In this document: positions 32,436 to 45,033 of the stretch, in pieces | Layout: each line of letters begins with the position of its first letter | How positions within the stretch are numbered: position 1 is the stretch's first letter | Assembly (NCBI GenBank): GCA_034226945.1 | Contig: CP120456.1 | Location: forward strand, 1 to 64,000 | Length of the DNA: 64,000 nucleotides | Source of the DNA: Picochlorum sp. SENEW3 | Lineage: Eukaryota | Direction of reading: 5' to 3' | The notes under the pieces: model-generated | Told to the model about the DNA's origin: nothing | Seen by the model: the letters and a program-made list of their open reading frames with translations, nothing else | The model's database searches: none | Made by a program: the position numbers and the translations under genes

Positions 32436-33595
32436 ATGGGTTCGGAGAATGCGAAACAGCCACTGTGGCACGGATTGGTCGCGGGAGGATGCGCGGCGAT
32501 GGTATCGAGAGTGTTTACTTGTGCGTGCATGTGACTTGACTCCTCGGGGACTGTGATGATGATTCCCTGGCCACAATGCATGGATTTCAACCTTGATCGA
32601 TGGCATTGCAGATCCGCCTGATACCGTAAAAGCGAGGCTTCAGGTGCAGGAGTCCAGCGGACGTCTGAAAAGTTCGAGTTACAACGGCACTGTCGATGCC
32701 TTCTTCAAGGTGCGTGTAGCCAGTGCTCTACTCGATCAAAGTCACAGTGACACATGTATAACAATATAAGTATGCAGATTGCTGAGAGGGAGGGCATTCG
32801 AGGCTTTTACCGAGGATTTGGGGCTTTGTTAGTCACTGTGGTGCCTGCAAATATGTGCTACTTTTCGTACGTTTTTCTCACGTGGGTCTTGTGTATGATC
32901 CCAAATGAAAATCTTACCTGTGGGTTGTGACGTGGATGTGCAGTGGATATGAAATAGGCAAGCGAATATCACCCAAGAGCTGGAAGGTAGGCAGCGACGT
33001 TGTAACTGCTGTCTTTGCCCAAGCCCTGGCAGGAATCGTCTACTGCCCGATCGACATTGTGAAGCAAGCGGTGCAAACATCTAGTATCATGCATGGAGAC
33101 CAGGTTCTCAGTCCGACGCAAGCAGCGCAGAGTATATGGCGCTCACAGGGAATACGAGGGTTTTATCGAGGATTCCTTGCCATGAATACCCTGTGGATGC
33201 CATGGAACTTGATCTACTTGACCATGTATGAAGCATCGAAACGCAGAGCGTATGAATGGAAATTAGGGAATTCCAAGTATCCAGGGACGTCGAAGAGAGG
33301 CGAGCCTGATGGATTGCCTCCATGGGTCTACCCTGTCTGCTCCTCATCGTGTGCTGCTGTTGCTGCCATAGTGACCCATCCAATAGACGTTGTGAAAACG
33401 AGACTGCAAGTGATTAGTGCACGATCGGGGAAGGCTCCGTCGTCGATGGAGGTTGCACGCGAACTTTGGGGGAGCCAGGGGTTGGCTGGATTTCGGAGAG
33501 GCATGAGTGCACGAGTCATGACCATGTGTGTGGGCACCTCATTCAGCTGGTTTGTGTATGAAACGGTGAAGAAAAAATTAAATTCGACAATGTAG
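32436..33595 (+). CDS. Mitochondrial carrier (SLC25) family protein, multi-exon
   Basis: Three Px[DE]xx[KR] repeats: PPDTVKARLQ, PIDIVKQ, PIDVVKTRLQ; also GIRGFYRG. Confidence 0.9.
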
Positions 33596-33605
33596 TGTAG
33601 TCAAC

Positions 33606-35696
33606 CTATCGTCTATCAGCCGTGCCCTTGGGGCGCTTGCCTGAAAACAAATGTTTTGGTTTGAGATCCGGAATGTGACGATCACCCTCACCTTTCCTTG
33701 CCATCCTTCCTATCCTCTTCTGAGCTCTATCGTTCATCTTTATCGCTTTATTACGCTGGATTATATCTTTGATGCCCTTTCCAGGTTCTGGCTCCGCCAA
33801 AGAGAGCGCTCTGCCTCGTGACATTGACCGGGACTTGCTGCTTCTCACCCTCACTTCTGTACCGTCCGCTACATTAGCCACCGAGGCTGATTGACTTCTA
33901 GCTCGCTTCTTGCGCAACTCTCTACCTCTGCTCTGGCTTCGGGCACGATTGATTGCAGCCGTCGGATCCAATCCCATGCTCGACAGTTCGTCCTTCATCC
34001 TTGCAGCAGTGCGGCTCCTCTCTGTGTCGGCAAGGCGTGGCACGATTGCAGCATTGGTACCTGTCTTCCTTTTCCTTCTATGTTCTGAGACGAGTTTCGC
34101 CTTTCTAGATCTGATGGCGGCCAAAGTTTCGGCCTCCTCGGGAGTCAAATGCTCCTCTTCCATGGCATCCATGGCAGGGGCATTGGCAGCTTGTTCCTCC
34201 TCCTCGCGCTCAAGCGCTTCCAGCTTGGCATCGATATCGGGATCGATGAAATCAGCCACATTATGCCCATCCCAAATCTCTGGCATGGCATCGTATTTCC
34301 ATTCCTCCTTCGCCAAGTCCCATCGCTTTCTGACATCTTGGGAGTACACACCAGCACCCCCCAGCTCCTCCTGCAAGTCCTTCTCCGTCTTCTTCCTCTC
34401 GCCTGCGTCTCTCCCCAACCTAGCCTCTTCAACTCCGGATGGAATGCAAGGCGGTCTCGATACAGCATCGCGCTGTTTCGGCATCGCGACGTGCAGTCTG
34501 TCTGCCACGTCGTGGACCCGCTTGCTCTTGAGTTTCACCTCCACACGGCTCGCAAGGAGCCTATCGCATGCCACCGTTTTGACATGGCTGACCCCTTCTT
34601 CTGTCAAAGTACTCATTGGAACCAAAATATCGCTCATGTCGGCGGTGAATGCGGCTCCTGCAGCTGCACCGGCAGAGACCTTTGCTGCCTCGTTTGCCAT
34701 CTTATCCAACACCTCCCTTTGCTCTGAGGATAACTCGTCAACGCTTTTCGCATCTATTTTGTTCATCACAATCATAACTGGTTTGTTGGCGAACAAAGGA
34801 CTGATCGAATGGAAGAGCGTTGCCTGCTGCTCCAGAGTGAATCCACATTGCTCAGAGATGTCCACGACATAGAGCACTGCTGCTCTCAGATGGGCCAACG
34901 CGGTTATACTTTGCATCTCGATCGTATTTCTCTCCTCTAAAGGTCTATCTAATATTCCCGGCGTGTCAATCACTTGCCACCGAAGGTATTTGTAATCTGT
35001 GTGCCCCACAAAGAGACTCTTTGTTGTGAAGGCATATGGCTGGACTTCGACATCTGCCCTGGTGACCTTGTTCATGAAGGAGGATTTCCCCACATTAGGA
35101 TAGCCACATACTAGAAGAGTTCTCGTGTTCGGGTCAATGGACGGAAGCCTCGACAAGTGCTGCCTGACCTGCTCCAAGTATGCAAGTGATGGGGCCTGGC
35201 GCTTCATCAGCGTGCACATGCGGCCAAGCGCAGCTCTTTTGAGCTGTTTGCACCTGTATAAACTATCTCCATATTTTAAAAGTCTCACATAATCTTGTGC
35301 AACTTTGTCCATGAGATTTTTCGCAGTATGAAGCTGCCCAAGAGCCAATTTGTAGTGATCCTTGTCGTACAAGACATTCATGAGATCAGCATAAAAAGGG
35401 TGGACCTCATCAACCTTTGGAAACTCTGTCAAAATCGCAGTCAATCGATCGTTCCAATTGCTCTGGGTGTACTTGACTTTGCGCATATAGAACTGCCTGA
35501 TTCTTTGGATGGCCCAACCTGCACAAGACAACTACAGGGTCAGCCATGGCAAACCGGGACCACGTGAACTCAGCGACTCCGACGTACCATTATGAACGAC
35601 AGTGGGGGTTTGTCTCTGAGTTTTAGACAGGATTATATCAATAAAGTCACTCGCCGTCGGTACAGGCTGAATGCTTTTGAAGTTGTACAGCGGCAT
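33606..35696 (-). CDS. NOG1: Nucleolar GTP-binding protein 1 (NOG1/GTPBP4), 2 exons
   Basis: [19 protein letters not shown] exon, [28 protein letters not shown]-terminal [10 protein letters not shown]. Confidence 0.96.
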
Positions 35697-36275
35697 GCCG
35701 ACCAAAATACTATGACCCACGAACTTGTCAAGGAACGCCTTCTTTGAATTCCTGAATTTTCAAACTATGCTAAAAATTTTAATAAATTTAAAGATGGCCA
35801 ATCGCAGAGTGGGAAGGGTGAGATCTCTGTTTGGTCATGCACTCTGGCAACTACACAGTATGTATGGCCTCCTGCTCGTTATGACTTCACAAGAGGATTT
35901 TTAAACAAGAGTATTCCTCACAGATATTTTTGTACGCTTGCATTGCAAACCTCTGACGCTTGGAGCAGTATCAAATCAGTCATCTGGCATTGCAACAAAT
36001 AGTGCCGGTCATAGAACATGGCCGATAGGAAGGTATGCTGTCCTTCTTGCAATCCCCGTCTCGGATGAATTTGGGCCGCAGATGTCGGTCGGAAGATAAT
36101 TGATTGCACATCGTTGTCTAGAGTTTGGGAGTAAATCAAACGGGCCGGATATAGCAAAAGGAGTTGGCTCTGTAAAACACAGCATGTCGACGCCCGCTAT
36201 TTGCAGAGCGCTACGCTGCACGACCGCGCCAGGGATCGCATCTAATCCTACGAAAGGATATTTTAGTAAAAATGT

Positions 36276-37106
36276 GTGTATTTGAGGACTCGTTGTGTGG
36301 GAAAATTGTCCTTTGATTGCTGCCTGTCGTTGTGGGTGGGTGAGAGGGCCAAGAAAGATTTTCTCTACGGATCGACCCCGCGGAGCATTAATTTTTTATA
36401 TTGTACTGTCCAGGCCATCAATTCATCGAGATTATATAGACGATGGGGTCAGCCAAGTCCAACCCCCCTCCAAATATCTGCGGCGTTTCGGGGTGGCAGC
36501 AGAGGGGGCAGAGGGGGTGGCAGAGGGGGTGGCAGAGGGGGTCGCGGAGGCAACAGAAATTTCGGCCGCGACAAAAAAAAGGATTGCATAATGAATGAGG
36601 AGATCGATGCATCCGAAGTGCGGGTGATTGGAGAAGACAAGGAGCCTTTGGGGATCATGAGCAGGAGTGAGGCACTGCAGATGGCAGAAGACCAAGAGGT
36701 GGACTTGATTCTTGTTGTGCCCGGGGCAACGCCCCCGGTTTGCCGTCTCATCGAATACTCAAAATTCAACTACGAGAAGACAAAGGCAGAAAAGGATGCC
36801 AAGAAAAAACAGAGGGAGAATGCGATCGAAACGAAAGAGCTGAAGATGCGTCCTGGTACAGATGTGCATGACTATCAGGTCAAAGTGCGTGCTGCCCAAA
36901 AGTTCATTGACAAGGGTTTCCGCGTGAAACTAACTTTGCAGTTCCGCGGGAGAGAGATGGAGTTTAAAGACATTGGAAGAGAGATGTTCGATCGATTTGT
37001 GGAAGACTTGGGTGGCCCAGGTGAGGTGTCAATCGAGCAGGCAGCAAAAATGCAGGGCAGGCAAATGAACATGATTCTTGCCAAGAAGGAGGTGGTCCAA
37101 GCATAA
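36276..37106 (+). CDS. Organellar translation initiation factor IF-3 (5' structure uncertain)
   Basis: MNEEIDASEVRVI, DLILV..PPVCRLIEYSKF, KELKMRP..HDY, QFRGRE. Confidence 0.92.
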   Translation: MYLRTRCVGKLSFDCCLSLWVGERAKKDFLYGSTPRSINFLYCTVQAINSSRLYRRWGQPSPTPLQISAAFRGGSRGGRGGGRGGGRGGRGGNRNFGRDKKKDCIMNEEIDASEVRVIGEDKEPLGIMSRSEALQMAEDQEVDLILVVPGATPPVCRLIEYSKFNYEKTKAEKDAKKKQRENAIETKELKMRPGTDVHDYQVKVRAAQKFIDKGFRVKLTLQFRGREMEFKDIGREMFDRFVEDLGGPGEVSIEQAAKMQGRQMNMILAKKEVVQA

Positions 37107-37149
37107 AATCGCATCATCAATTGAAATAATAATTTAAATTGCAGCTGCT

Positions 37150-39117
37150 TCAAGCTTTATTTTTTCCCTTTCTAGCCTTCTTGCCGGCAGGTGCAGCATT
37201 GAAGGCCTTGGCTTTCTCCTTCTTCAGGGCAGCCTTCTCTGCTTTTGACATTTTTGATTTGGCTTTCACATTTGTTTTAGCAGCTTCACGTTCCCTTTCC
37301 TCAAGTTTCTCCATTTTTTTCTTCTCAGACCGATTTTCAGACAAGAACGTGTTGTAATCTCCCTCGTGGTCCACCAGCTTGCCATTCTCTACAGTCACTA
37401 CTCTGGTTGCGATGCGTTTGAGGAAATATCGGTCATGAGACACCGCAATCACCGAACCTTCGAACTGTTCCACGGCTTCCTCCAACGTTTCTTTGGTTGG
37501 AATATCCAAATGATTCGTGGGCTCGTCCAAGATGAGCAAGGTTCCATCGGTGAGCATGAATTTGGCCATGGCCAGCCGGGCTTTCTCTCCTCCACTAAGA
37601 ACATCTACCTTCTTCTCCATTGCCGCGCCGTTGAACATCATTTTTCCAAGAAGAGATTTAATGTCATTCAACTTTGCGTCGGGGGCGGCGTGCTGAAGGG
37701 TTTCGATGGCTGTCTTCTCGAGGTCGAGAGCCTCTGCCTGATTTTGCTCAAAGTAGTTTGGAACAATTCCATGCTCACCCATACTGACCTGCCCCTCGAC
37801 GGGCTCCTCCTGCCCCATGATCAATCGCAAAAGGGTACTCTTTCCAGCACCATTGGGGCCGATGATGGCCACTCTCTCTCCCTTTTCAATTTCAAGATGT
37901 GCATCTTCAAACAGCGTTTTGCCATTGTATCCGTGAGTCAGGCCATCAATCTTGATTGCAACCCGCCCCATCCGCTCTGCTGATGGAAACGAGAAACTTC
38001 TTTTCCTTGGAACAAATGGTTTTTCCACATAGGTGCCCTCAGCTTTCAACTTCTCTATTGCCTTCTCTGCCGTAGAAGCTCTCCCAGAGTTGGCTCCAGC
38101 TGCCAGCCTTCTTGCAATCTCCTTCTGCCTCTCCAACTCTTTTTGCTGTTTTTCCCACGCCGTCCACTGCTGGGCTACTCTCTCTTTCTTTTGGGCTTGG
38201 AATTCGGAATAATTCCCTTTGTATGTGTGCGTGACGCCTCGTTCGGTTTCGACAATCTTGGTGCACAATGCATCCAGGAACTGCCTGTCATGTGACACAA
38301 TCACCATCGGCACCTCCTGCTCCCTCAGATAGTTTTCGAGCCACCCGATAGCATCTAGATCTAAGTGATTTGTAGGCTCATCCAGGAGAAGAAGATCAGG
38401 CTCTTGCAGAAGAATCTTGCCCAGACACATGCGCATCTGCCAGCCACCAGAGTATGAGGCTACAAGCCTGTCGTTGTCCTCCAAGGAAAATCCTAGCTCA
38501 GGCATCATTTGGTCGATTTTCTTATCCAATAAATTCGTATCTAAATCAACAGCAACTTTTGAAAGCTCGTTCAACTCATCCAAAAGGTCACCCATCCTTT
38601 CCATATCCTCCCCACACTCCTCAAGCTCTCTCTGCACTGCCTCTTGCCTTTCGATGACATGCAGTTGGTCGGAGAAGGCACTCATGAATTCCTCTCTCAC
38701 AGTTCTAGTGGGCTCTACATCGAACTCCTGCGTCAGATACGCTATGCGCATTCCCTGCCTAGCTTTCACCACTTCACCAGAGTCTGGAACAAGAGCCCCT
38801 GTGATTACTTGCAACTGCGTCGTCTTCCCTGCACCATTCACTCCAACAAGCCCCACACGTTCCCCCTTTTTGACCTCCCAACTTGCATTCTTCAGCACCT
38901 GGTGGTTTTTGAAGGTGACTGCGACTTCCTCCAAGCGTATCCCAGAGCCAATGCCCGAGGAAGTCTGCTTCGAACCTGCCTCCTGAGCCTCTGCCGCAGC
39001 GACCACGGCAGTAAATCTGCAGCAATTCTGTTGATTCCCTCCGATTCTGAGGGGAGAAGAAATCTTGTTCCTGCACAGATAGCCAAGTCCACGTGAGAAC
39101 CCACGTCGAAGCAGCAA
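37150..39117 (-). CDS. ABC-F family ATPase (plastid ABCF5-like)
   Basis: Two ABC cassettes (GVNGAGKTT / SGGWQMR / LDEPTNHLD and GPNGAGKST / LSGGEKAR), no transmembrane domain, transit-like N-terminus. Confidence 0.95.
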   Translation of the reverse strand: MLLRRGFSRGLGYLCRNKISSPLRIGGNQQNCCRFTAVVAAAEAQEAGSKQTSSGIGSGIRLEEVAVTFKNHQVLKNASWEVKKGERVGLVGVNGAGKTTQLQVITGALVPDSGEVVKARQGMRIAYLTQEFDVEPTRTVREEFMSAFSDQLHVIERQEAVQRELEECGEDMERMGDLLDELNELSKVAVDLDTNLLDKKIDQMMPELGFSLEDNDRLVASYSGGWQMRMCLGKILLQEPDLLLLDEPTNHLDLDAIGWLENYLREQEVPMVIVSHDRQFLDALCTKIVETERGVTHTYKGNYSEFQAQKKERVAQQWTAWEKQQKELERQKEIARRLAAGANSGRASTAEKAIEKLKAEGTYVEKPFVPRKRSFSFPSAERMGRVAIKIDGLTHGYNGKTLFEDAHLEIEKGERVAIIGPNGAGKSTLLRLIMGQEEPVEGQVSMGEHGIVPNYFEQNQAEALDLEKTAIETLQHAAPDAKLNDIKSLLGKMMFNGAAMEKKVDVLSGGEKARLAMAKFMLTDGTLLILDEPTNHLDIPTKETLEEAVEQFEGSVIAVSHDRYFLKRIATRVVTVENGKLVDHEGDYNTFLSENRSEKKKMEKLEEREREAAKTNVKAKSKMSKAEKAALKKEKAKAFNAAPAGKKARKGKNKA

Positions 39118-39685
39118 CCTAGTGATACAGTAGTGTTGATTGGGGCATTAATTAGTGATATGAATCAATATAAAGCCAAATGAATGGGAAATCAGGTGAA
39201 TGCATGGCACTGCCATGCCTGCAGGAGAGCAAACGCACCGTGCGCCACACATTGAACCGACACTACCCTGTGTCCCTACCACACCTGCATTGCATACAGA
39301 GAACCTCTGCCTCGGAATTCTAGGCCTAGAGTACTGCACTTGGGAATGCATTTGTGTTCCAGAGGTTTCTCTTGCCCTTGTCGGTGCAGTGAAAGCAGAA
39401 AGTTTCTTTGAGTGCAACATGGCCACGTTCACGTCATTAAATTGTTTTCGCACAAGCCGTTCTGAGGAATATCTTGTTTCAAAAACTAACATCTGGTTGC
39501 GGCTGAATGCTTCATGGCCATGCATGGCGCATGCTGGGACCATCTGCAGATGGTCTACCTGCAGCAAGCTGGGAATCTCCGGATTGATGACCATTCATGA
39601 TGAATGGTCCTTGAAATCCACTCGACCGAGCAGACATGGACCATTCATTTTATGTAGTCCTTCCAGGAGCCGGCACAATTGTGCC

Positions 39686-42049
39686 ATGTTTTTGCGAATT
39701 TCCAACCGTTCCGTTGTCGGACATGTGGGTGCATCCTCTTGCAGAGGACATCTCGGGGCGAGATGTACGCAGTATACGGGAGTCATGGGCGTTAGCAAGC
39801 GTTTGTATGTGACGGAGTATCGATGCAGAGTCCGAGTCGGTGCTGCGGGACCCCGACCGCGTGGCGACGTGGAGGTTGCAAAAAAGGTGACCAGGGGCAT
39901 TGTCGCAGCTGAAAGCTTTGAAGAGATATGCAAAGTATTGCACGAGCATGAGACCATGTTGGGTTTGAGACATTTCACGACGGCTCTGTATTTCATGGCA
40001 AAGAAGGACAGCGTGAACTCGCCCTCTCCTTTGGTGGAGAGGGAGTTGAGGTGGATGTCAAAGTGCATCATTGAGGATCACCACGAGGTATTGTGGAGCT
40101 CCACAAGCGTGGCGAACGTCTTACAGGCGTGCAGAAAGATTAAAAATATCTCCTTAGATCCTCTGATGTCCGAGGCTATGAGAAAGCTGGTTCACGGGGA
40201 GAAGGAGGTGGCCCAGAGAGAAGTGATGACCATTTTATCATGTTTGGTTCGAGTACCTGAATCTGATGCCAAGAAGAGGGCGTGTCAGGAATTAGAAGAA
40301 GCTATTCTAGGAACTTCTAGTGTTATAGTATTACAGAGAGGTCTGGAGGGGTTTCGTCGGCAAGATATGGGCCCTCTTGCATGGTTCCTCACAGAGTTGA
40401 AATGCCACCCTAGGACTGCAAGGTCTGTTTTCTTGCACTGCCGGGATGTGATAGGGCTGGAAAATTTGAGCACCCCGTCCCTTTGTCTTGTGTGTCGAAT
40501 GCTATCATTGCAGATAGACAGCACATGTGAAGAGATTGATGAGGATGTAGATGCAATTATACAGTGTCTCATATGTGAGCGCCGTGGTGTGGCCAGGATG
40601 GATAGTTTGAAAGACAGTTCCATGATGCTTCTGAGCCTGGCTCGCCTGATCAAAGCTAGATGTGAGGATGATATATTAACTGAGAAATCTATTATAGCGG
40701 GAATGAAATGGACTCACGCTGTGTCTGCTTACCGGACAGCAAACCCATCCATTAACAGGGCCATTCACGGGCTTTTGGAGCACATTTGCCCACACCTGCT
40801 GGGCGGATCGACTATGGCTGGGCAAGGAGTGCTTTCAAGCATCTTATATTCTTTATCCCTCCTTCAATATCAGGCTTTTGAGATCATTGCTGCTTGTACT
40901 CGAGGAATTGAAGCTCAGAAGGAGACCCTCACACTTCGGACCATCTCTACGTGCTCTTGGTCTCTATCTGTCCTTCGATACGAGGACAAGAGGTTATTGG
41001 AAGATGTGTTCGTCGACCGTATTCTGGATGGAAATTTACTGATGAATGTTAGGGATGCCGAGAAAGAGTTTGCCCAATCTTTGAGTATGATCCTGTACTC
41101 CTTTGCTGTGCTCAACATGTTTCAATCGCTCAAGAGCAAGAATCTCCTGAAAGCGATCATGCAAGTCGCAGAGCAGTCCATACCATATTTAAATACCGAG
41201 TCATTGCCAATTTTTGGCTGGTCGATTGTAGTAGCATACTCAAACATGGACATGGGCGACGGTGCTTTTGGCTCTGTCATGAAGAAATGGAGGAGTTCCG
41301 TGACAGAAAACTTTAACAGGATACCAAAGGGAACCATGGCGATGATTCAGCACACAGAAATAGCCTTGAAAATAGAAGCACCTGAGTTGGGCCTGGAGGA
41401 TAATATTCCATACAAATCCCTGTTTTCCTCACTCTACCGACATGGACGGCTGAGGCGATCCACTGCTCGGGAGTGGAATTCACAGCAACCCCAGAAATTA
41501 GACGCGATCGCGCTTGATGGGATATCTTTGTTCCAAAAACAAGTCTACGAGGCGGCAGAAGCAGTCATTCCTGGCTGGATACTCGAGTACTGGGACAGTG
41601 ACTTGCAGTATCCCGTGGACATGGCTCTGCTTTCTCACAGAATCGTCATCGAAGCAGACGGCCCCACGCACTTTACCTTGAATACACAGAAGCCTCTGGG
41701 AGCGACATCTCTAAAAAAGAGATTACTGAGACGGATTGGCTGGCATCTGATCACAATCCCGTACTTTGAGTGGAGCATCAAGGGCTCTGGCAGTGAACAC
41801 ATTGACCACCTCTCTCGATTATTGACCCCGTACTTGCAGTCCACGGATCAAGAAAAACCTCTTCTGTACCAGAGAGCACAAGGGGAGACTGCACGAGAAG
41901 CAGATGACCAACACACAGGCGCACAACCGTCACCAGATGACGAACAGCCAGTCAAAAAGAATGCAGCAACCATGGATATCATCAAAGCGAGCCGGGGTAA
42001 AATGTCGCTGAATGATGCTGTTAGGAGGCAAATTTTTCGAAAACAGTGA
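39686..42049 (+). CDS. RAP-domain helical-repeat organellar RNA-binding protein
   Basis: C-terminal VDMAL..IEADGPTHF..LKKRLLRRIGWHLITIPYFEW, OPR-like helical repeats, transit-like sequence from ATG 39686. The frame is open from 39200. Confidence 0.8.
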   Translation: MFLRISNRSVVGHVGASSCRGHLGARCTQYTGVMGVSKRLYVTEYRCRVRVGAAGPRPRGDVEVAKKVTRGIVAAESFEEICKVLHEHETMLGLRHFTTALYFMAKKDSVNSPSPLVERELRWMSKCIIEDHHEVLWSSTSVANVLQACRKIKNISLDPLMSEAMRKLVHGEKEVAQREVMTILSCLVRVPESDAKKRACQELEEAILGTSSVIVLQRGLEGFRRQDMGPLAWFLTELKCHPRTARSVFLHCRDVIGLENLSTPSLCLVCRMLSLQIDSTCEEIDEDVDAIIQCLICERRGVARMDSLKDSSMMLLSLARLIKARCEDDILTEKSIIAGMKWTHAVSAYRTANPSINRAIHGLLEHICPHLLGGSTMAGQGVLSSILYSLSLLQYQAFEIIAACTRGIEAQKETLTLRTISTCSWSLSVLRYEDKRLLEDVFVDRILDGNLLMNVRDAEKEFAQSLSMILYSFAVLNMFQSLKSKNLLKAIMQVAEQSIPYLNTESLPIFGWSIVVAYSNMDMGDGAFGSVMKKWRSSVTENFNRIPKGTMAMIQHTEIALKIEAPELGLEDNIPYKSLFSSLYRHGRLRRSTAREWNSQQPQKLDAIALDGISLFQKQVYEAAEAVIPGWILEYWDSDLQYPVDMALLSHRIVIEADGPTHFTLNTQKPLGATSLKKRLLRRIGWHLITIPYFEWSIKGSGSEHIDHLSRLLTPYLQSTDQEKPLLYQRAQGETAREADDQHTGAQPSPDDEQPVKKNAATMDIIKASRGKMSLNDAVRRQIFRKQ

Positions 42050-42060
42050 AAGTATTCACT

Positions 42061-42600
42061 CTATAATTCTTGGATCCCTGGGTGGACTGCACCAGTCCCA
42101 TCCCCCTCATGCTTCTTCTCATCGCTGCATGTAGCAGAAGACGGAGCGTCGGCACCCGCCCTCATGTTTCTTTCTGCTGCTTCTACTGCTGCCTCATCCT
42201 TGAGATCAAACATGCCACACGCTAAATCCAACTCGACGTGTTCCCCTTCATGATCACTGCAGCAAAGAAACTCGTCCTTTGTCAACCATTGTTCAACACA
42301 CACGTGACCATGACAAAAAAACCTACTCGGGCAACTCTATACCGGGCTCATTCTCGTTCAAAGCACCTTCTAATCTCTCTGTAGAGCTTTTGAACTCCGG
42401 AAGGAACGCGTTCAGCCGATTTATGAGGGACACATTAGTCTGAACTGGACCAATGTCGGGCTTTGTCCTTGGATGTACCAGCAAGCTCTGACCTGATGAA
42501 CACAATTGACTTCCATGTTAGTGGCCAGAGAGAAAATGAAGGAAGGCATGAAGCAACGTACGATAGTCAGAACTTGAACCAATTTCCAAGAGTTCAGTGT
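42061..42600 (-). CDS. NOPCHAP1/C12orf45 (DUF4598)-like small protein, multi-exon
   Basis: LINRLNAFLPEFKSSTERL and HVELDLACGMFD motifs. Start approximate. Confidence 0.6.
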
Positions 42601-42883
42601 CATGCGTCTCTTCCTTGGATTCCATTCCTCAGACTACCATGTCATTTACAAATACTTGAATATGTTCAAATAGTACTCTGTACCAGGGTCAGAAATTGAA
42701 ATTCTCCAGAATTGTCTTTTTTTTGTTCATTGCCAATGCTGATCAGCAAACTCAAGTTCATGTGAATATCCAAGTCCATTTGACCGCTAGATGAAACTGA
42801 TTATTGCATTAATTGTATTGAACGAATATTTAAGTAAGGATTAGTACGTATATGTCCATCAGCACAACACCAGTACACGTATC

Positions 42884-44529
42884 ATGTTGAGGAGGGCCAC
42901 ACGGTTCCCCAGACTGCTTCACGCCCTTCCTGGGTCTTTGTGTGCGGTTGGTGAGAAGACAAGAGAAATATGGTGTGGTATGAACCTGGGTGAGGATGTG
43001 CAGCGGCTCGGGTGCCTCCAAGGTGTCACTGATTTTCGCCTTGACAGCGCAACTCGAGGTTTCGCGTCCTTGGGGAGCGAGCAAGAGGTCGAAAGGAACG
43101 AAGATGTACGAAAATATGTCATACATGCGGTTGTTGTTGGGTGTATGTGGAGTTCATGGCGGACTGGTGTGCAGGTGGCCCCGAGGGGCGTGGAGGGTAC
43201 ATTCGTGGCAGCGGGTGCTGCAAATGGGAACGGAGAGGTCGTGGGGCGATTTCATGATAAAATGGACAATTTGAAGAAGAAGAGGAAAAAAGTACCGCTG
43301 ATGTCTGGCGAGGTGCGTTTTTTGGGGTGGGTTGGTGTAGGGTGTAGGCTGATACCTCACGAGTGTCTCGAATGGTGCAGAGTTTTGAGGAGTGGCTGGA
43401 AAAGCATGACGAAACTCTAGAGCCGCTGAGAGACTTTTTCAGAGTCCATGATATGGATGGCGACTGGGCGATTGCAGAGCTCTACAAGAATGGATACTGG
43501 GGCAAAAAACTCATGAGGACAGTGTCTGACAGTGGTGGTGCTGAGCAGGAGGGATCGTATCCATGGGAGGAATCTCTTGAAGTATGGACAAAAGCATTCG
43601 AAGAGGAGAATTTACCTCATTCACCTCTCGATATCATGCGACGCTGGCCATCATTGTTGTGTAAGACTCCTGATTGCCTTCCAGGAACAGTTGCTGTCCT
43701 CAAAGCTGCCATCCCCGACGAAGAGGCCCTCCACGAGACAATTGCCATGTTTCCCAGGGTTCTCGTACAGAGTCCCGTGAAGCTGCAACATCGTGTGTTG
43801 GCTCTGCAGATGGCGTGTGGGATGGATCTTTCTCGAATCCTTCCGAGAAATCCACAGATGTTTTACAGGAATTTGGATTCAATAATGGCTAATATTAGGT
43901 ATCTGAGAGACCACTCCTGGTCCCTGGAGCATTTTGAAAGTTTGATAGATTACCGACCGACGGTGCTGACGATGCATCCAGATGTGGTGAAAAGGAATAC
44001 AGAGTCATCCTTGGAAGCTGTTCAGATGATTCTCCCAGAAGGGTGTGATCCAAAATTGGTGATTCAGGCAAAGCCCCAGTTGATTTTGATACCTCCTTCT
44101 CATATCGCGGAGCGATGGGAAGTTCTGACGAATTTGACCAATCAGGTCCCAGAGTGGAAGGAAGAGGTCCAGGATGCCATCGCCGATATTGCCAAGGCAG
44201 CCAAATCTTCTACATCCGAGCCCAATGCCCCAAGCACAGACCCAGTCAAAGATACCTTTGGTGCGGAAAACGCAAAGGAGAAGGAGGCCCCATCAAAGGA
44301 GGAAGACATCCCGGTCGATGAGTGGGAAGCAGGAGAGTGGGGTAGTACCACGTTGGGCGCAGCCATCTGGGCTCACCCCAAGCGACACCAGCGCCTGGAA
44401 TTCTTAATCACTGTGGTTGGAGACGGTGCAGGAGAACTTTCTTTCGTCGATGCATTGACTGTGCATTACCACCGCTTCAACCATCGCTATGATCAGTTTG
44501 ATGAATGGGTTCGAGAAAATTACAATTAA
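42884..44529 (+). CDS. mTERF-like organellar protein, multi-exon
   Basis: Repeated ~35-aa units ending RRWPSLL, MFPRVL, RNPQMF, YRPTVL, AKPQLI; presequence-like N-terminus. Confidence 0.65.
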
Positions 44530-44553
44530 TTACAACGAATGCAACTGCTTTAT

Positions 44554-45033
44554 TCAGTTTTTTATGTCAACGAGCTCCACGTCAAAAACGAGGACACTGT
44601 TTGGTGGAATGACGGGTGGGAAACCCTGGGCACCGTATGCATACTCGGGTTGACACGTAATCACAGCCTTTTCGCCCAAACTCATCGTGAGGACACCTTC
44701 ATCCCAGCCCCTGATGACCATGCCTTTGCCAACTCGGAACTCCAGCGGCTGGCCCCTGTCGTGGCTGCTGTCGAACTTCCTCCCGTCCGTGAACTTGCCC
44801 GTGTAATGGACGTGCACCAAATCTCCGACCTTGGGCTTTGGCCCATTCGTTTCGTGCGTGATCTCTTTGGTGAATCCCTGCGCAGCACAAGAAACTCTGA
44901 AACCTGTCCTGAACGGACGAGCTTGCGTGCCTGCCGACCTCGACAGGAAAGGATTTGCACGCTGAACAATCTTCATCACACCCACCGTCATGATATTTAG
45001 TAGTACTAATAGTAGTATGACTGCGAGGAGCAA
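44554..45033 (-). CDS. FKBP-type peptidyl-prolyl isomerase with N-terminal targeting extension
   Basis: [48 protein letters not shown]. Likely start is an ATG near 44991. Confidence 0.93.
   Translation of the reverse strand: MLLAVILLLVLLNIMTVGVMKIVQRANPFLSRSAGTQARPFRTGFRVSCAAQGFTKEITHETNGPKPKVGDLVHVHYTGKFTDGRKFDSSHDRGQPLEFRVGKGMVIRGWDEGVLTMSLGEKAVITCQPEYAYGAQGFPPVIPPNSVLVFDVELVDIKN

Noticed and set aside
33910..34872. 320-aa plus-strand ORF
   Set aside because: Antisense shadow of NOG1.
36490..36550. 12-bp tandem repeat GGCAGAGGGGGT as a regulatory or G-quadruplex element
   Set aside because: Explained by the RGG-repeat coding stretch of the IF-3 N-terminal extension.
39200..39685. N-terminal 162 aa of the 949-aa RAP ORF
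   Set aside because: Cys/Trp-rich and non-protein-like; a transit-peptide-like start at 39686 is more plausible.
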